DNA of 64,000 bases from Candidatus Latescibacterota bacterium (GCA_965215195.1 CBDCDC010000002.1:384001-448000), one strand, 5' to 3'. Counted from the stretch's first letter, positions 37,752 through 47,598 are shown. Program-made: numbers and translations. The notes: generated from the sequence alone by a model not told the origin.

Positions 37752-39236
37752 ATGAGATTGCTAATGCTCTTGCTGGTTGTTCTGGCTGGCTATACAGTCG
37801 CTGGGGATGCTCAGGAAACCGATGGTGCCGCCATAGAACTCAACCCACTCGATTTCGTCCCTTTGGAAGTGGGTAATCGCTGGGTATACAGACATAGCTA
37901 TAACAATGGGATGTATTACGCATGGGACGATTTTTGGAGGCGCCATGGGCTGCCGTCTGACGAGGAAGAGGAAATAGCATATTGGGAAGCCTATTTCAAG
38001 CAATTTGAGATTCCCGGGTATCCATTTGGGGAGTCGAGTCCACCTAGGTCCTCAACTGACACTTACCCGGACGATCCTACTTTGGTTGTTGAGGTCACGC
38101 ATACGGAGTGGATCGACGGCTTTGAGTATTTTGTCTTTAGTGAGGCTCCGTATGACTGGCCACCACTGCCGGCGTTTTTTTGGGCTGGCCAGAAGGTGCG
38201 CTTGTCCGAGGACGGTATGCTGCTTTTTCATCGGAATGGCACCGATATTCCCTTGTATGATTTCAGTCCACAGTATGAGGATATAGAGATACCTGCGGAA
38301 TGGTATAGTACTTCAACTGAATATGTCCCAGTCAGGGCTGGTCGGTGGATGAGCGATCGGCTTTTCTATCCGGATCACACGGACGTAATTATAAATCCAG
38401 CGTATCGGGATCAAACTTTGGAGGTCGGTTTTCACTTTAGCAACCCAATGGAATATCTTACTGGTTGGAGCGTTAGATTTGTGAAAGGATATGGGATAGG
38501 ACTTGTTCGGAGGGAAGTATTTGGTACTGGTACTTCCTTGCTCTTTTGGAATAGTCTTAGTCCTATTTCTGCAATTCTTTCTGGGAAAGAAGTGTCCTAT
38601 GAAGAAGCGACAGGTAAATTTGTAGGGGAACCCGATTTCTCGTCGATATTGGGACAACTCGGTAAGATATCCATAAACAACGGCGGCTTCACGGTATCGG
38701 GATTTGACTTCAGCGAAGGAACCAAGTCTGAATACTTTTTTGGCGAAAAGAAGGAGGGCGACCTAGAGGCGTATCAATCTACTTGGGATGGTTTTGCCAG
38801 TACGTCACCTTATTTAATCTCATACATAGGAATGGCCGATCTCGGGCGAGTGGATTTTGGCCGTCTGGTCTCCGAAGGACCCGCCGACTTGCGGCCAGAT
38901 CCTCCATCTTGCTCGTGGCGCACCGCTCCTCCCTTTTGCCCCGAAGGACCCGCCGACTTGCGGCCAGATCCTTCTACGTCCGACGACCTCAGGTGGAGGA
39001 AGGTGCCCCAAGAAGGAGATACCTATGCGATTTGGACCCAAGAGGGGGGCATTGCGCTGATGCATATCCTTGATGTCAAACACACGTGGAGGCGCACAGT
39101 CTTGTATATATTGTTTGACTATGTGTACTATCCCGCTTCCGACAGGTCCCCTGAGAAGACCTCTGTCCAGCCTACATCGTGGGGCCAGTTGAAGCAACTT
39201 TTCCTTCAAGATTCACCTATCAAAACAGAAGAGTAA
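37752..39236 (+). CDS. Lower-GC secreted hypothetical protein with C-terminal TSVQPTSWGQLK motif
   Basis: AGGAG RBS, signal peptide, PLEVGNRWVY, GFDFS.G and near-terminal SWGQLK; visibly AT-richer than its neighbours. Confidence 0.75.
   Translation: MRLLMLLLVVLAGYTVAGDAQETDGAAIELNPLDFVPLEVGNRWVYRHSYNNGMYYAWDDFWRRHGLPSDEEEEIAYWEAYFKQFEIPGYPFGESSPPRSSTDTYPDDPTLVVEVTHTEWIDGFEYFVFSEAPYDWPPLPAFFWAGQKVRLSEDGMLLFHRNGTDIPLYDFSPQYEDIEIPAEWYSTSTEYVPVRAGRWMSDRLFYPDHTDVIINPAYRDQTLEVGFHFSNPMEYLTGWSVRFVKGYGIGLVRREVFGTGTSLLFWNSLSPISAILSGKEVSYEEATGKFVGEPDFSSILGQLGKISINNGGFTVSGFDFSEGTKSEYFFGEKKEGDLEAYQSTWDGFASTSPYLISYIGMADLGRVDFGRLVSEGPADLRPDPPSCSWRTAPPFCPEGPADLRPDPSTSDDLRWRKVPQEGDTYAIWTQEGGIALMHILDVKHTWRRTVLYILFDYVYYPASDRSPEKTSVQPTSWGQLKQLFLQDSPIKTEE
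38872..38972 (+). repeat. Perfect 32-bp intragenic direct repeat, period 69 bp
   Basis: ccgaaggacccgccgacttgcggccagatcct at 38872-38903 and 38941-38972 (EGPADLRPDP twice). Confidence 0.9.
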
Positions 39237-39272
39237 GGCGAATTCGAGTTCAATCTGGAAAAGCTGTGAATC

Positions 39273-42116
39273 GTGCGTTGGACAGCGAACATAGCGTTGG
39301 CCTTGGCACTCGTCGTGCCGGCTGGAGCGCAGACCGATTACGGCTACCGCTTGGGGCGGCAGGAAAGGGGCGAAGTCCGCTTCACGGCCCAAGGGCCAAG
39401 CGTGCTGATGGGGGCTTTAGATCCAACGGTTATGCGCTGGTACATGCCGCAGGAGTTGTTCGACGAGTACGGCCGCCGGCAGTGGCGCTACACCAACTAC
39501 GCCACCGAGCCGTATTGGCGCTACATCGACCGCAACCAAGAGGGTTCGCATTTCTACGACACCTACGGCAAGCTGATCTCGCGCGGCTGGCTGGTGTACG
39601 ACTGGCGACAGACCCAAGCGCGCACGGTCGCAAGCAGCGAATTGACCAAAGAGCGGCGCTACGCCACGTGGTTCAACCGGCTGATCATCTCCTCGGATGC
39701 GAGCGGCGACTACAACTATTCGCTGATGATCGGCGACGAGATTTTCGCCACCCTGACGCCGATGACCTTCCGCAAGGTCGGTTTCAATGGGGTCGTGACG
39801 AGCTTTGCCGCACGGCAGGTGCGCTTTACTGGCTTGTTTTCGCGCCCGAGCCTGCCCATCGTGGAGATCGACCCGGATATTCCGACGGCCTCGCAGGACA
39901 ACTTCACCAGTTTGATGGCCGGGCGTTTAGAGGCCGATGTGGGGGCCAACGCAACCTTGGGCCTGACGTTGGTCAATGCCCACAACCAGGCCGGCAACCG
40001 CGAGAGCTTCGCGGGCAATCCCCTCAAAGGCGTGCTGACGACCGGGCAGCTAGGCCGGCGGCTCAACAAGCTGATCGTGCGCCTGTCCGACGATTCGCCG
40101 GCCGATGGCAAAGGCGGGCCGGTGTTGTTCGGCACAGAGGTGGAGATCACCACGGCGCTGAGGCGCGAGGTGCCGGTCGCTGGCGGTGTGCGGCTGGTCT
40201 CTAAGGACACCACGTTCACGGGCAGCAGCATTGGCTTTGCGCCGGTGATCGCCGGCGGGGAGGAGCGCGGCGGGTTCTTGCGGGCCGATGGGACGGAGAG
40301 CATTGTGCTGCACTACGCGTTGGCTGCCGAAGAGGGCGAAAGCGAAGAGGGCACCTTGCGCTTGGCCTTGCAGCGCCGGTTGGAGTTGGGGCTGGACGAG
40401 GCCGACGACGCCATCACCCGCGTCAAAAACGTGCGCTTCCGCTTTGTGCTGGCCAACGACTACCGAGTCGAAGTGGCCTCTGACCGGCAGAACAGCCGCA
40501 TCGGCATCCCGCAGTTTTTGGTGGTGGCGCGGGCGGCTGGCAATGTCAAAAATCAGCTCAATCCGCGCGAAGTAGTTTTTGACTACGGCCTGCCGACCGC
40601 TGCGCAGATCGCCGGTATTACTGCCGAGGTGCGCGACTGGCAGGGCTTCGACTTGTACGGGGAATTCAACGTCAGTACCCAGTACCGCCAATTCCCCTCG
40701 ACGACGCGCAAATCGCACCGCTCGTTTTCCGGCATCCAAGGCGACGAGCACGCTGTCGGCTGGCTGTTCAATCTCGTGCGGTACGCAGAGCCTTGGCGCT
40801 TCTCCCTCGAAGGCTTTGGCATGGACGACACCTACGCCACCCGTTTCAAGCCGGTGGACGGTCGCGGCTTGGTCGACTACTCGCCCGAAGCCACCGCTAG
40901 GCTCTACGACTTTGTCGAGGACAACGACGATCAGGACCGCCACCCGGACCAGAAGCGGTTTTTCCAGGGCGGGTTGGTGCCGCCGCAGTCAACCGCGCTG
41001 GGCGGCTTTCAGGTGCGCTCGGACGGCGTACCCGATCCGGCCGTCTTTCCCGGGTACGACGAAAACGGCGACTTCATCTCGGACTTCAATCAGAATAGGA
41101 ATTTTTTCCCGGACTACGAAGAGCCTTTCCTGCGCTATCACTCGGACCGACCGGAGTTCCTTTTTGGCATTGACTTGAACAACAACGGCCTCGCCGAGCG
41201 CTTTGAAAACGACGACTTGCCCGACTATCCCTACAAGAAGGACCACTGGGGCTACAATGCCTACGCCAGCGTGGAGGTCAATCCGGAAATCCGCCTCTCG
41301 GCCGGCTACCTGCGCCAAGACATGCGCCAAGCCGACCGCAAAAACCACACGGCCTACGGTCTCGTTACCTTTGAACGGGATTGGCCCGGGCGCGGCCGAG
41401 TGCGGGTTTTCGACATGCTGAAGAAGGCCAAAGACACCATCCCCGACCCGCTGTCGCAGTGGATCGTACCGACGCTCGAATTCGGGGCTGCTGGGCAGAC
41501 GAGCGGGCAGCACATTGCCGTGCCCGATTTGCTGGCGGCCGAGGACACTTGGATCAATGCGTTCTACGCCGAGTGGCACTACGCCAGTCCACGGCGCTGG
41601 ACGACTAAGCACCGCTTCAAATGGGACTGGTGGCACCAGCGCGACGCCCCGGGCCGCAATGGCCGCGAGACTTCCGGTTTTGTGGGATTGATCGACAAAA
41701 TCGACGGCGTCTTTGCGTGGGGTGCGGTGGCGGTTTTGCCCCGCTGCAAAAGCGAGTTTCTCAGCCAAGCTCCCTTTTCCTTGGCCGAGCGTGGCCGCCG
41801 TTCTTGGGATGGGATCGGGTCGCTGTTGCTCCGCTTCCCGGTGATGCGGGATTCAGAGCTTGAACTGGGGTTTGAGCAGCGGCTGTTCTTTGAGTTGTTG
41901 CTGGACGAAAAGGCCCTAGCGGAAAACGCGCTGACCGGCGATTTTCGCGGCACGGTGTGGGCGGCGCAATTGAGCAATCAGCGGGAGTACTTAGGCTACG
42001 AATTGACGACCCAGCTCGGGTTGCGCTTTGATAGGCGTTCGTTGGAAGTGATCGGGCGGGTGCGCGAGACGCGGGCGGCGGGACTGGCGTTTTTGTCGAT
42101 ATTGGCGAGTCTGTGA
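39273..42116 (+). CDS. Large secreted protein, probable outer-membrane/surface component (paralog B of 33338..36115)
   Basis: Collinear shared motifs GALDPTV..WY.PQEL, RGWLVYDWRQ, TLTPMTF.K, LSDDSPAD, YGLPTA, DRPEFLFGIDLNNN, RVFDMLK.AKDTIPD, PRCKSEFL. Confidence 0.7.
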   Translation: MRWTANIALALALVVPAGAQTDYGYRLGRQERGEVRFTAQGPSVLMGALDPTVMRWYMPQELFDEYGRRQWRYTNYATEPYWRYIDRNQEGSHFYDTYGKLISRGWLVYDWRQTQARTVASSELTKERRYATWFNRLIISSDASGDYNYSLMIGDEIFATLTPMTFRKVGFNGVVTSFAARQVRFTGLFSRPSLPIVEIDPDIPTASQDNFTSLMAGRLEADVGANATLGLTLVNAHNQAGNRESFAGNPLKGVLTTGQLGRRLNKLIVRLSDDSPADGKGGPVLFGTEVEITTALRREVPVAGGVRLVSKDTTFTGSSIGFAPVIAGGEERGGFLRADGTESIVLHYALAAEEGESEEGTLRLALQRRLELGLDEADDAITRVKNVRFRFVLANDYRVEVASDRQNSRIGIPQFLVVARAAGNVKNQLNPREVVFDYGLPTAAQIAGITAEVRDWQGFDLYGEFNVSTQYRQFPSTTRKSHRSFSGIQGDEHAVGWLFNLVRYAEPWRFSLEGFGMDDTYATRFKPVDGRGLVDYSPEATARLYDFVEDNDDQDRHPDQKRFFQGGLVPPQSTALGGFQVRSDGVPDPAVFPGYDENGDFISDFNQNRNFFPDYEEPFLRYHSDRPEFLFGIDLNNNGLAERFENDDLPDYPYKKDHWGYNAYASVEVNPEIRLSAGYLRQDMRQADRKNHTAYGLVTFERDWPGRGRVRVFDMLKKAKDTIPDPLSQWIVPTLEFGAAGQTSGQHIAVPDLLAAEDTWINAFYAEWHYASPRRWTTKHRFKWDWWHQRDAPGRNGRETSGFVGLIDKIDGVFAWGAVAVLPRCKSEFLSQAPFSLAERGRRSWDGIGSLLLRFPVMRDSELELGFEQRLFFELLLDEKALAENALTGDFRGTVWAAQLSNQREYLGYELTTQLGLRFDRRSLEVIGRVRETRAAGLAFLSILASL

Positions 42117-42380
42117 GGGAGACCTACCCCTAGCTTCCCCTTGCCGGAAGGCTTTGATTTGAAAATCAAAGGATAAAGACCTGTACCCTACTTGTGCTGG
42201 CACTCGCTTGGCTGACTAGCGGGGCGGACGCGCTGACGATTTATCGGATCGGCGGTTCTTCGCTGCCGCGGCCAGAGTTGGCCGCGGGCGTGGAATTTGT
42301 GCAGCTCGATTGGGCGGAGGTGGAAGCCGCCCAGCACGGCCGCGTCGAATCGCTGAAGATCGATGCGAATGGCCCACAGC

Positions 42381-42696
42381 TCATCTCATTGTATAAGCCC
42401 GAGTGTGTGGTCCAATAGCTAAGAAAACAACGGTTTGATCTTCTCTATCCGCACAGAAACAATACTGACATTCCTCGATATGCCGACATTCTTCACAGAT
42501 AACGAAAATCATCCGAAAATTTCTTCCTACTCGTGCACTGCGACAACCCCGCAAATCTAATCCGTGCGGAACTCGCCCAAGGCGTTCTGTGCGGTCGTAA
42601 GGCTCTTCGAGAATCTGCTCAACTTTTTGCTGGACTCGAGTAGCGAGTAAGGCTGCGAACGAATCGCTCTTCGTAAAATGCTCGATATTCATCCAT
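42381..42696 (-). pseudogene. RelE/ParE-superfamily toxin with Cys-rich insert, probably frameshifted near the N-terminus
   Basis: Main frame has LRGCRSARVG.NFR.IF, CEEC....C..C.C and GPH..AY. A plausible N-terminus MDEYRAFYEERFVRSLTRYSS (ATG 42696) is in another frame and joins near 42634-42640. Confidence 0.65.
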
Positions 42697-42913
42697 GCCA
42701 AATTTCTTCGTGAGTACGGAATTTCAACTGACTGGATTTTTTTCGTTCAAGAATGTCCTCCATATCCTTATAAAGAGTCGATTCCTTATCGAGGTAAAAA
42801 AATCCCTGTTCTTGTGTAGCAAACGCCATGAGTTCTTCGCGGACGACCTTGCGAATGATTTCTTCTAGCTGCTGGACATTCAGGGCTTGTGTTGCTGTTG
42901 TATCGTTGCTCAT
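42689..42913 (-). CDS. Putative antitoxin
   Basis: GGAGG RBS, LEEIIRKVVREEL, THEEIW C-terminus overlapping the toxin start. Confidence 0.7.
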   Translation of the reverse strand: MSNDTTATQALNVQQLEEIIRKVVREELMAFATQEQGFFYLDKESTLYKDMEDILERKKSSQLKFRTHEEIWHG

Positions 42914-43009
42914 TTTCGTATCCTCCTGCAAAAATGGCACACTGTCGCGAATCTAGGTACTAATAAGCATCCTTGTCAACGACTGGGAATTCGACAGGAG
43001 TAGAAGGTT

Positions 43010-44917
43010 ATGCTAACGATCTGTATCCTCGCGCTCGCTTGGCTGACTAGCGGGGCAGATGCGCTGACGATTTATCGGATCGGCGGTTCTTCGCTGCCGC
43101 GGCCGGAGCTGGCCGAGGGCGTGGAATTTGTGCAGCTCGATTGGGCGGAGGTGGAAGCCGCCCAGCACGGCCACGTCGAATCCCTGCAGATCGACGCGGA
43201 CTTCATCGAGCCGGAGCAACTGGACCCGTCGATAAACCTGACGCCGCGCCTCAAGGAGCGCGGTGGCCGGGTGCAGACGCTGGTCTGGCGGGGCTGGGAG
43301 CAAAGCGGCGACACCGAGGCCGTGCTGTGGGACGAAGACGTAGAGACCGTCTTCTTGGGCGACGGGCATTGGACCACCTCGGGCATTGGCGTGCGCAACA
43401 AGAGCCTGATCTTTGAATTCGGGGGCAACTTCACGGTCGAGCGCGTCAAGTTCTATCCGCGCACGCGCTTTGAGGAAGAGCGCTTCCTACAGCGCTTTAT
43501 CATTGGCATTAGCGACGGCAATCCGCTCAAGGAGGGTACGCGCGAGTACGCTGCGGGTACGCGCGGCTCCTTCTTCGACTTCGACATCGCGCATCAGGCC
43601 ACTGAGAATACGACCTCAGTGGTCGAACTGGAGCTGCCGCCGGTGCCGATCCGCCGCATGCTCTTTGAAGCACCCGAAAACACCCAAGGCATCTGGGAAA
43701 TCGCCGAGTTCGAGATTTACGGCAAGGGCTTCACGCCCGCGGCGCGCTACGTGTCCAATGTCCTCGATTTGGGCGGGCGGGCGGCGCTGGGCGAACTAAG
43801 CTGGGGTGCCCAAGTCGATCCGGGCGCACAAGTTGAGCTAAGTATGCGCGCCGGCGACGACAGCGATCCCAATACCTATTGGCGCAGCACGTTCCGCGGC
43901 GATGAGCGCACCCGGCTGGATACTCGGGGTCGGCCTTTGACGCTGCGGTCGTACAATCGGCTGGAGAGGGCCCAGCAGGCCGGAATCACGCCCGACACTG
44001 AAAATTGGGAGGGCTGGAGTGCGGCCTACGACTTGGCGCTGGGCAGCGCACCTATGCAGGGGACGCAACCTCGGCAGTTCGTGCAGCTTAGGGCCAACTT
44101 CCATTCTACAGTAGAAGCGGGTGGGCGGCTGAACTTCGTGCAATTCGCCGCGTCTAGGCCGCCGATGGCCGCCTTGGTTTTGGCCGAGATTGCGCCCGTC
44201 TTGGCGACCACGGGCGCGGCGACCGAGTTCACGTACATGCTGCTGCCGCGACTAGAAGCCGGGGACTTGGGTTTCGATACCATCGAGATCGACACGCCGA
44301 CTCAGGTGGAGGGCATTGACGCGGTGCGCTACAGCGGCGAAGAGGTCGCCTTTGAGGTGCGGCGGCTCGACGGGCGCGGCTTTGAGGTCGGCGTCCCGCG
44401 CGTGGACCAAGGGCGCGATGGCGAGCTGATTGAGGTGGTCTTTCGCTGCGAGGTTTTCAAGTTCGGCACCCTGTTTTCGGGCCGCGTACACGACAGTACT
44501 CGGCCGCAGGAGGTGCGCCAAGTGGTGACGCCGGGCGAAGTGGTTGAGCGGGTTGAGGGCAATACCCTGAGCGTGGGGCTGACCAACATCGCCGGGCAGG
44601 TGGTCGGTGCGCTTAGGCTCGTGCCAGCCGCGTTCACGCCCAACGGGGACCAGATCAACGACGCGGTGCGAGTCGAGTACGACCTGTTGAACGTGATCGG
44701 GAATGCCGAAGTCGCGGTGGTGCTCTACGATTTGCAAGGGGTGCGGCTCGGGGAGGTTTTCCGCGGACCGGCGCAGAGCGGACAGTTTTCCACGGCGTGG
44801 GATGGCCGGGACGCGACGGGTGCCTTACTCAAGCCCGGGCTATACGTCCTGCGCCTCGAAGTAGAGACCGACGGCGGCACCAAGGTCCGCTCGCGCATTG
44901 TCTCGCTGTCGTATTGA
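43010..44917 (+). CDS. Secreted protein with C-terminal FlgD/CHU_C-type Ig domain (paralog 2)
   Basis: IAEFEIYG.GF, WEGWSAAY, PRQFVQ; tail FTPNGDQIND...YDLQG...WDGRD..G...PGLY. Confidence 0.75.
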   Translation: MLTICILALAWLTSGADALTIYRIGGSSLPRPELAEGVEFVQLDWAEVEAAQHGHVESLQIDADFIEPEQLDPSINLTPRLKERGGRVQTLVWRGWEQSGDTEAVLWDEDVETVFLGDGHWTTSGIGVRNKSLIFEFGGNFTVERVKFYPRTRFEEERFLQRFIIGISDGNPLKEGTREYAAGTRGSFFDFDIAHQATENTTSVVELELPPVPIRRMLFEAPENTQGIWEIAEFEIYGKGFTPAARYVSNVLDLGGRAALGELSWGAQVDPGAQVELSMRAGDDSDPNTYWRSTFRGDERTRLDTRGRPLTLRSYNRLERAQQAGITPDTENWEGWSAAYDLALGSAPMQGTQPRQFVQLRANFHSTVEAGGRLNFVQFAASRPPMAALVLAEIAPVLATTGAATEFTYMLLPRLEAGDLGFDTIEIDTPTQVEGIDAVRYSGEEVAFEVRRLDGRGFEVGVPRVDQGRDGELIEVVFRCEVFKFGTLFSGRVHDSTRPQEVRQVVTPGEVVERVEGNTLSVGLTNIAGQVVGALRLVPAAFTPNGDQINDAVRVEYDLLNVIGNAEVAVVLYDLQGVRLGEVFRGPAQSGQFSTAWDGRDATGALLKPGLYVLRLEVETDGGTKVRSRIVSLSY

Positions 44918-44930
44918 GAGGAGAAGGCTC

Positions 44931-47570
44931 ATGCGCTACTTCGCCGTCGTTTTGCTGTGGGCAGCCGCGCTCCATGCCCAAGGGGGCGGCTACCGGCTCA
45001 CTGCCGACCAGCTCGTCATCGACCGCGCCGCGCACTGGCGCGCTTGGGAGTTTCCGGTGGGCACTCTGACGATCGACGCAAGCGGTGTGGTGCGGCCGTT
45101 TGCCCTGCGCCGCAACACCGACGCGACCAAGGACATCGTCCACTTCTTGCGCCTGCATCCGCCCGAAGACCTCGCACGAGAAAAGGCGGCCGAGGAAATC
45201 GCGCTCGCGGATGCCATAGAAGCGGGTTCCAATGCGCCGGATGTGCTTCATGTGCTCGACGGGGACTTGACCACGTACTGGGAGCCTGATCCGGTCGCAG
45301 ATGCTGCCGAATTGGGTTCGCAGTGGTGGTTTGCGCTAGATCTGGGCCGGCTGGTCATTGCCAAGCGCATTGTGCTCAAGTTCGTCGAGGAAGGTCTAGG
45401 CGACCCCTTCCTGCAGTACGACGTGCTGATCTCCGACGGCGAGGTGCCGGAGAAGTTCATTTCTTCGGAGGAGCCGGAGTTCGATGTGGTGTGGCGCACC
45501 TTGAAGCCGAACAAGACCGAGCGGCTGCTCGAAATTGCTCTCGGCGAGCGCGCAGAGGCCGAGGCGCAGGAACTGGCGGACCAGCCGCTCAACGCCCCCC
45601 CGACTTCGGCTGTCTCCGTTCCGCAGCAAGAATTCGCTGGCACCGGAGTGCGCCTAGTGCAGGTGGTGGTGCGCGGGTCGGACTTTGAGCGCGGATTTGA
45701 GGTCAGCGAGGAGGAGTACGAGGCCTTGCCGGCCGCCGAGCGGGGCGCGGTCGTCTATCGCAAGTTGCAGCGCGACGGACGCCTAACCGAGGTCAATGCG
45801 GCGGACTACGCGCAGCTACCGGCCGCCGAGCAGGGCGGGGTCTTGTACTATCGCTGGGAGCGGCCCCGGCTGGCCGAACTCGAAGTCTGGCACGAGGGCG
45901 ACGACGCGATGATTGCGGCCTTGGCTCGGGGCGGCCACGTGTTTGCCTCGCAGGGGCTGCCGGTGGGGCGGACCATCGACGGCAACGTGCAGACCTACGT
46001 GGATCTGATCTTCTCCTTCGACCGCCAAACCATTCCCGGCCCCGAAGGCCATCTGAGCTTTGACTTGGGTTCGGCGTACTGGATCGACACCTTCCGCATT
46101 GCCTACGGCGGTCAAGCGGTGCGCGACCGCTTCAGCTTTCCCTCCTACCGCCTCGACGCCTCCGACGGTGCGCTCAATGCCGATGGCAGCCTCAAGTGGA
46201 CGACCGTGGCCAGCCGCCAGCAGTCGAGTACGCGCAAGGAGTATGAGGGCCACGACTTTGCCCTGAGCAAGACGCGCTTTTTCCGCCTAGTGTGGGAGCA
46301 AATCATCGTGCCGGTCGGCGGGCACCGGGGATTCCCCGCTTCGGTGCAGCTCTACGGCCGGGGATTCCAGCCGGAGGTCTGGCTCGAGTCGGGTTTGGTG
46401 CGGCTGGGCGGGCAGCGGAATCTGCTGTCGATAGAGTGGGACGCCGATGCGCCGCCGGGTACCAGTGTGCTGGTGCAGACGCGCACGGGCAATGAGTTGA
46501 GCGAGGTGCTGCACTATTTCAAAAAGGACGGCAGCGAGATTTCCGAGAAGGAATACAACAATCCAACGCTGTTGGACATCTTCAAGGGCCCGATCGTGGC
46601 CGAGGAGGTGGAAGGGGACGACTGGAGCGGCTGGAGCCAAGCCTACGAGAATCCAACGGGCAGTGCGATTACCTCGCCTAGCCCGCGCGAGTTCCTCAAG
46701 GTGCGGGCGACCCTGCTTTCTGAGGACCCGAATATCAGCGCTGCCCTGCGCTCGATCCGCCTCAATTTTACCAGCCCGGTGGCCGAGGGGCTGACGGGCG
46801 AGATCGCGCCGTTCAGGGTGGATTCACTCGGCGTGGAGCGCCCCTTTTCCCTGTACGTGCGGCCGCAATTCAACCGCCGCGACCCGGGCTTCGACCAGTT
46901 GCTGCTGGTGGCGCCGGCCGATATGGCGCTCGGTTTTGCGGGGCTGTACGCGGGCCAAGCCGGGGACGAGCGCGCGGTGGCGGGCGTTGAGGTCATCCCC
47001 ACGGGCGCGGACAGCTTGCGCCTATCTTTTGCCGAGATCCGGCCCAATGCGGACATCGAGGTCGTGCGCCTCGACTTCCGCACCGCGCTCTTTGGCATGG
47101 GCGCGGTGCTGCGTGCGTCATTGCAGCACAGCGCCAAGGGCGAGGGCACTTGGCAGCGGGTGGATCCGGGCAATGCGCTCGACGCGGTGGCCGGCAATAC
47201 GACGACGCTGGTGGGCGACCCGACGCGCGGGGAACTGCTGCTCGACGTAGAAGTGCGCCCGCCGGCCTTTACGCCCAATGGCGATGGGGTCAACGACCAC
47301 GCGGTCTTCGCCTTCAAGGTCGTGCGTTTGGACGACGATGGCCCGCTAAAAGTCGCCATCTACGATCTGAGCGGCCGGCTGATGCGCCAGCTCGCCGAGC
47401 AGCGACCGACGAGCACCGGCCAGTACGAGATCGCTTGGGATGGGACCGACGAGCAGGGGGTGCGCGTCCCGCCGGGCGTCTATTGCGCTTTGCTGCGGGT
47501 GGCTGTTGACGCCGGGGGATTGAGCGCGGAACGGACCAAGGTGTTGCGCACGGTGGCGGTGGCCTATTGA
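44931..47570 (+). CDS. Secreted protein with discoidin-like repeats and C-terminal FlgD/CHU_C-type Ig domain (paralog 3)
   Basis: Signal peptide from ATG 44931; DGDLTTYW..DLG, QLYGRGF, WSGWSQAY, SPSPREFL; tail FTPNGDGVND...IYDLSGR...WDGTD..G.RVPPGVY. Confidence 0.75.
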   Translation: MRYFAVVLLWAAALHAQGGGYRLTADQLVIDRAAHWRAWEFPVGTLTIDASGVVRPFALRRNTDATKDIVHFLRLHPPEDLAREKAAEEIALADAIEAGSNAPDVLHVLDGDLTTYWEPDPVADAAELGSQWWFALDLGRLVIAKRIVLKFVEEGLGDPFLQYDVLISDGEVPEKFISSEEPEFDVVWRTLKPNKTERLLEIALGERAEAEAQELADQPLNAPPTSAVSVPQQEFAGTGVRLVQVVVRGSDFERGFEVSEEEYEALPAAERGAVVYRKLQRDGRLTEVNAADYAQLPAAEQGGVLYYRWERPRLAELEVWHEGDDAMIAALARGGHVFASQGLPVGRTIDGNVQTYVDLIFSFDRQTIPGPEGHLSFDLGSAYWIDTFRIAYGGQAVRDRFSFPSYRLDASDGALNADGSLKWTTVASRQQSSTRKEYEGHDFALSKTRFFRLVWEQIIVPVGGHRGFPASVQLYGRGFQPEVWLESGLVRLGGQRNLLSIEWDADAPPGTSVLVQTRTGNELSEVLHYFKKDGSEISEKEYNNPTLLDIFKGPIVAEEVEGDDWSGWSQAYENPTGSAITSPSPREFLKVRATLLSEDPNISAALRSIRLNFTSPVAEGLTGEIAPFRVDSLGVERPFSLYVRPQFNRRDPGFDQLLLVAPADMALGFAGLYAGQAGDERAVAGVEVIPTGADSLRLSFAEIRPNADIEVVRLDFRTALFGMGAVLRASLQHSAKGEGTWQRVDPGNALDAVAGNTTTLVGDPTRGELLLDVEVRPPAFTPNGDGVNDHAVFAFKVVRLDDDGPLKVAIYDLSGRLMRQLAEQRPTSTGQYEIAWDGTDEQGVRVPPGVYCALLRVAVDAGGLSAERTKVLRTVAVAY

Positions 47571-47598
47571 AGTGGCCACTGTACATGGCCGGGAGCAA

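Larger units (their letters stand above)
37703..39269. repeat. 19-bp direct repeat (37703-37721 and 39251-39269) duplicating the PPIase gene 3' end around an inserted gene
   Basis: cagtttggaaaagctgtga vs caatctggaaaagctgtga; last 14 bp identical, including the TGA. Confidence 0.8.
42203..43198. repeat. 165-bp direct repeat (42203-42367 and 43034-43198): truncated copy of the 5' end of 43010..44917 flanking a TA module
   Basis: Hand alignment gives about 9 mismatches in 165 bp; both copies encode LAWLTSGADALTIYRIGGSSLPRPELA... Confidence 0.92.

Noticed and set aside
42152-42171. FNR site in the palindrome ctttgatttgaaaatcaaag
   Set aside because: TTGAT-ATCAA spacing is 6, not 4; single occurrence, function unsupported.
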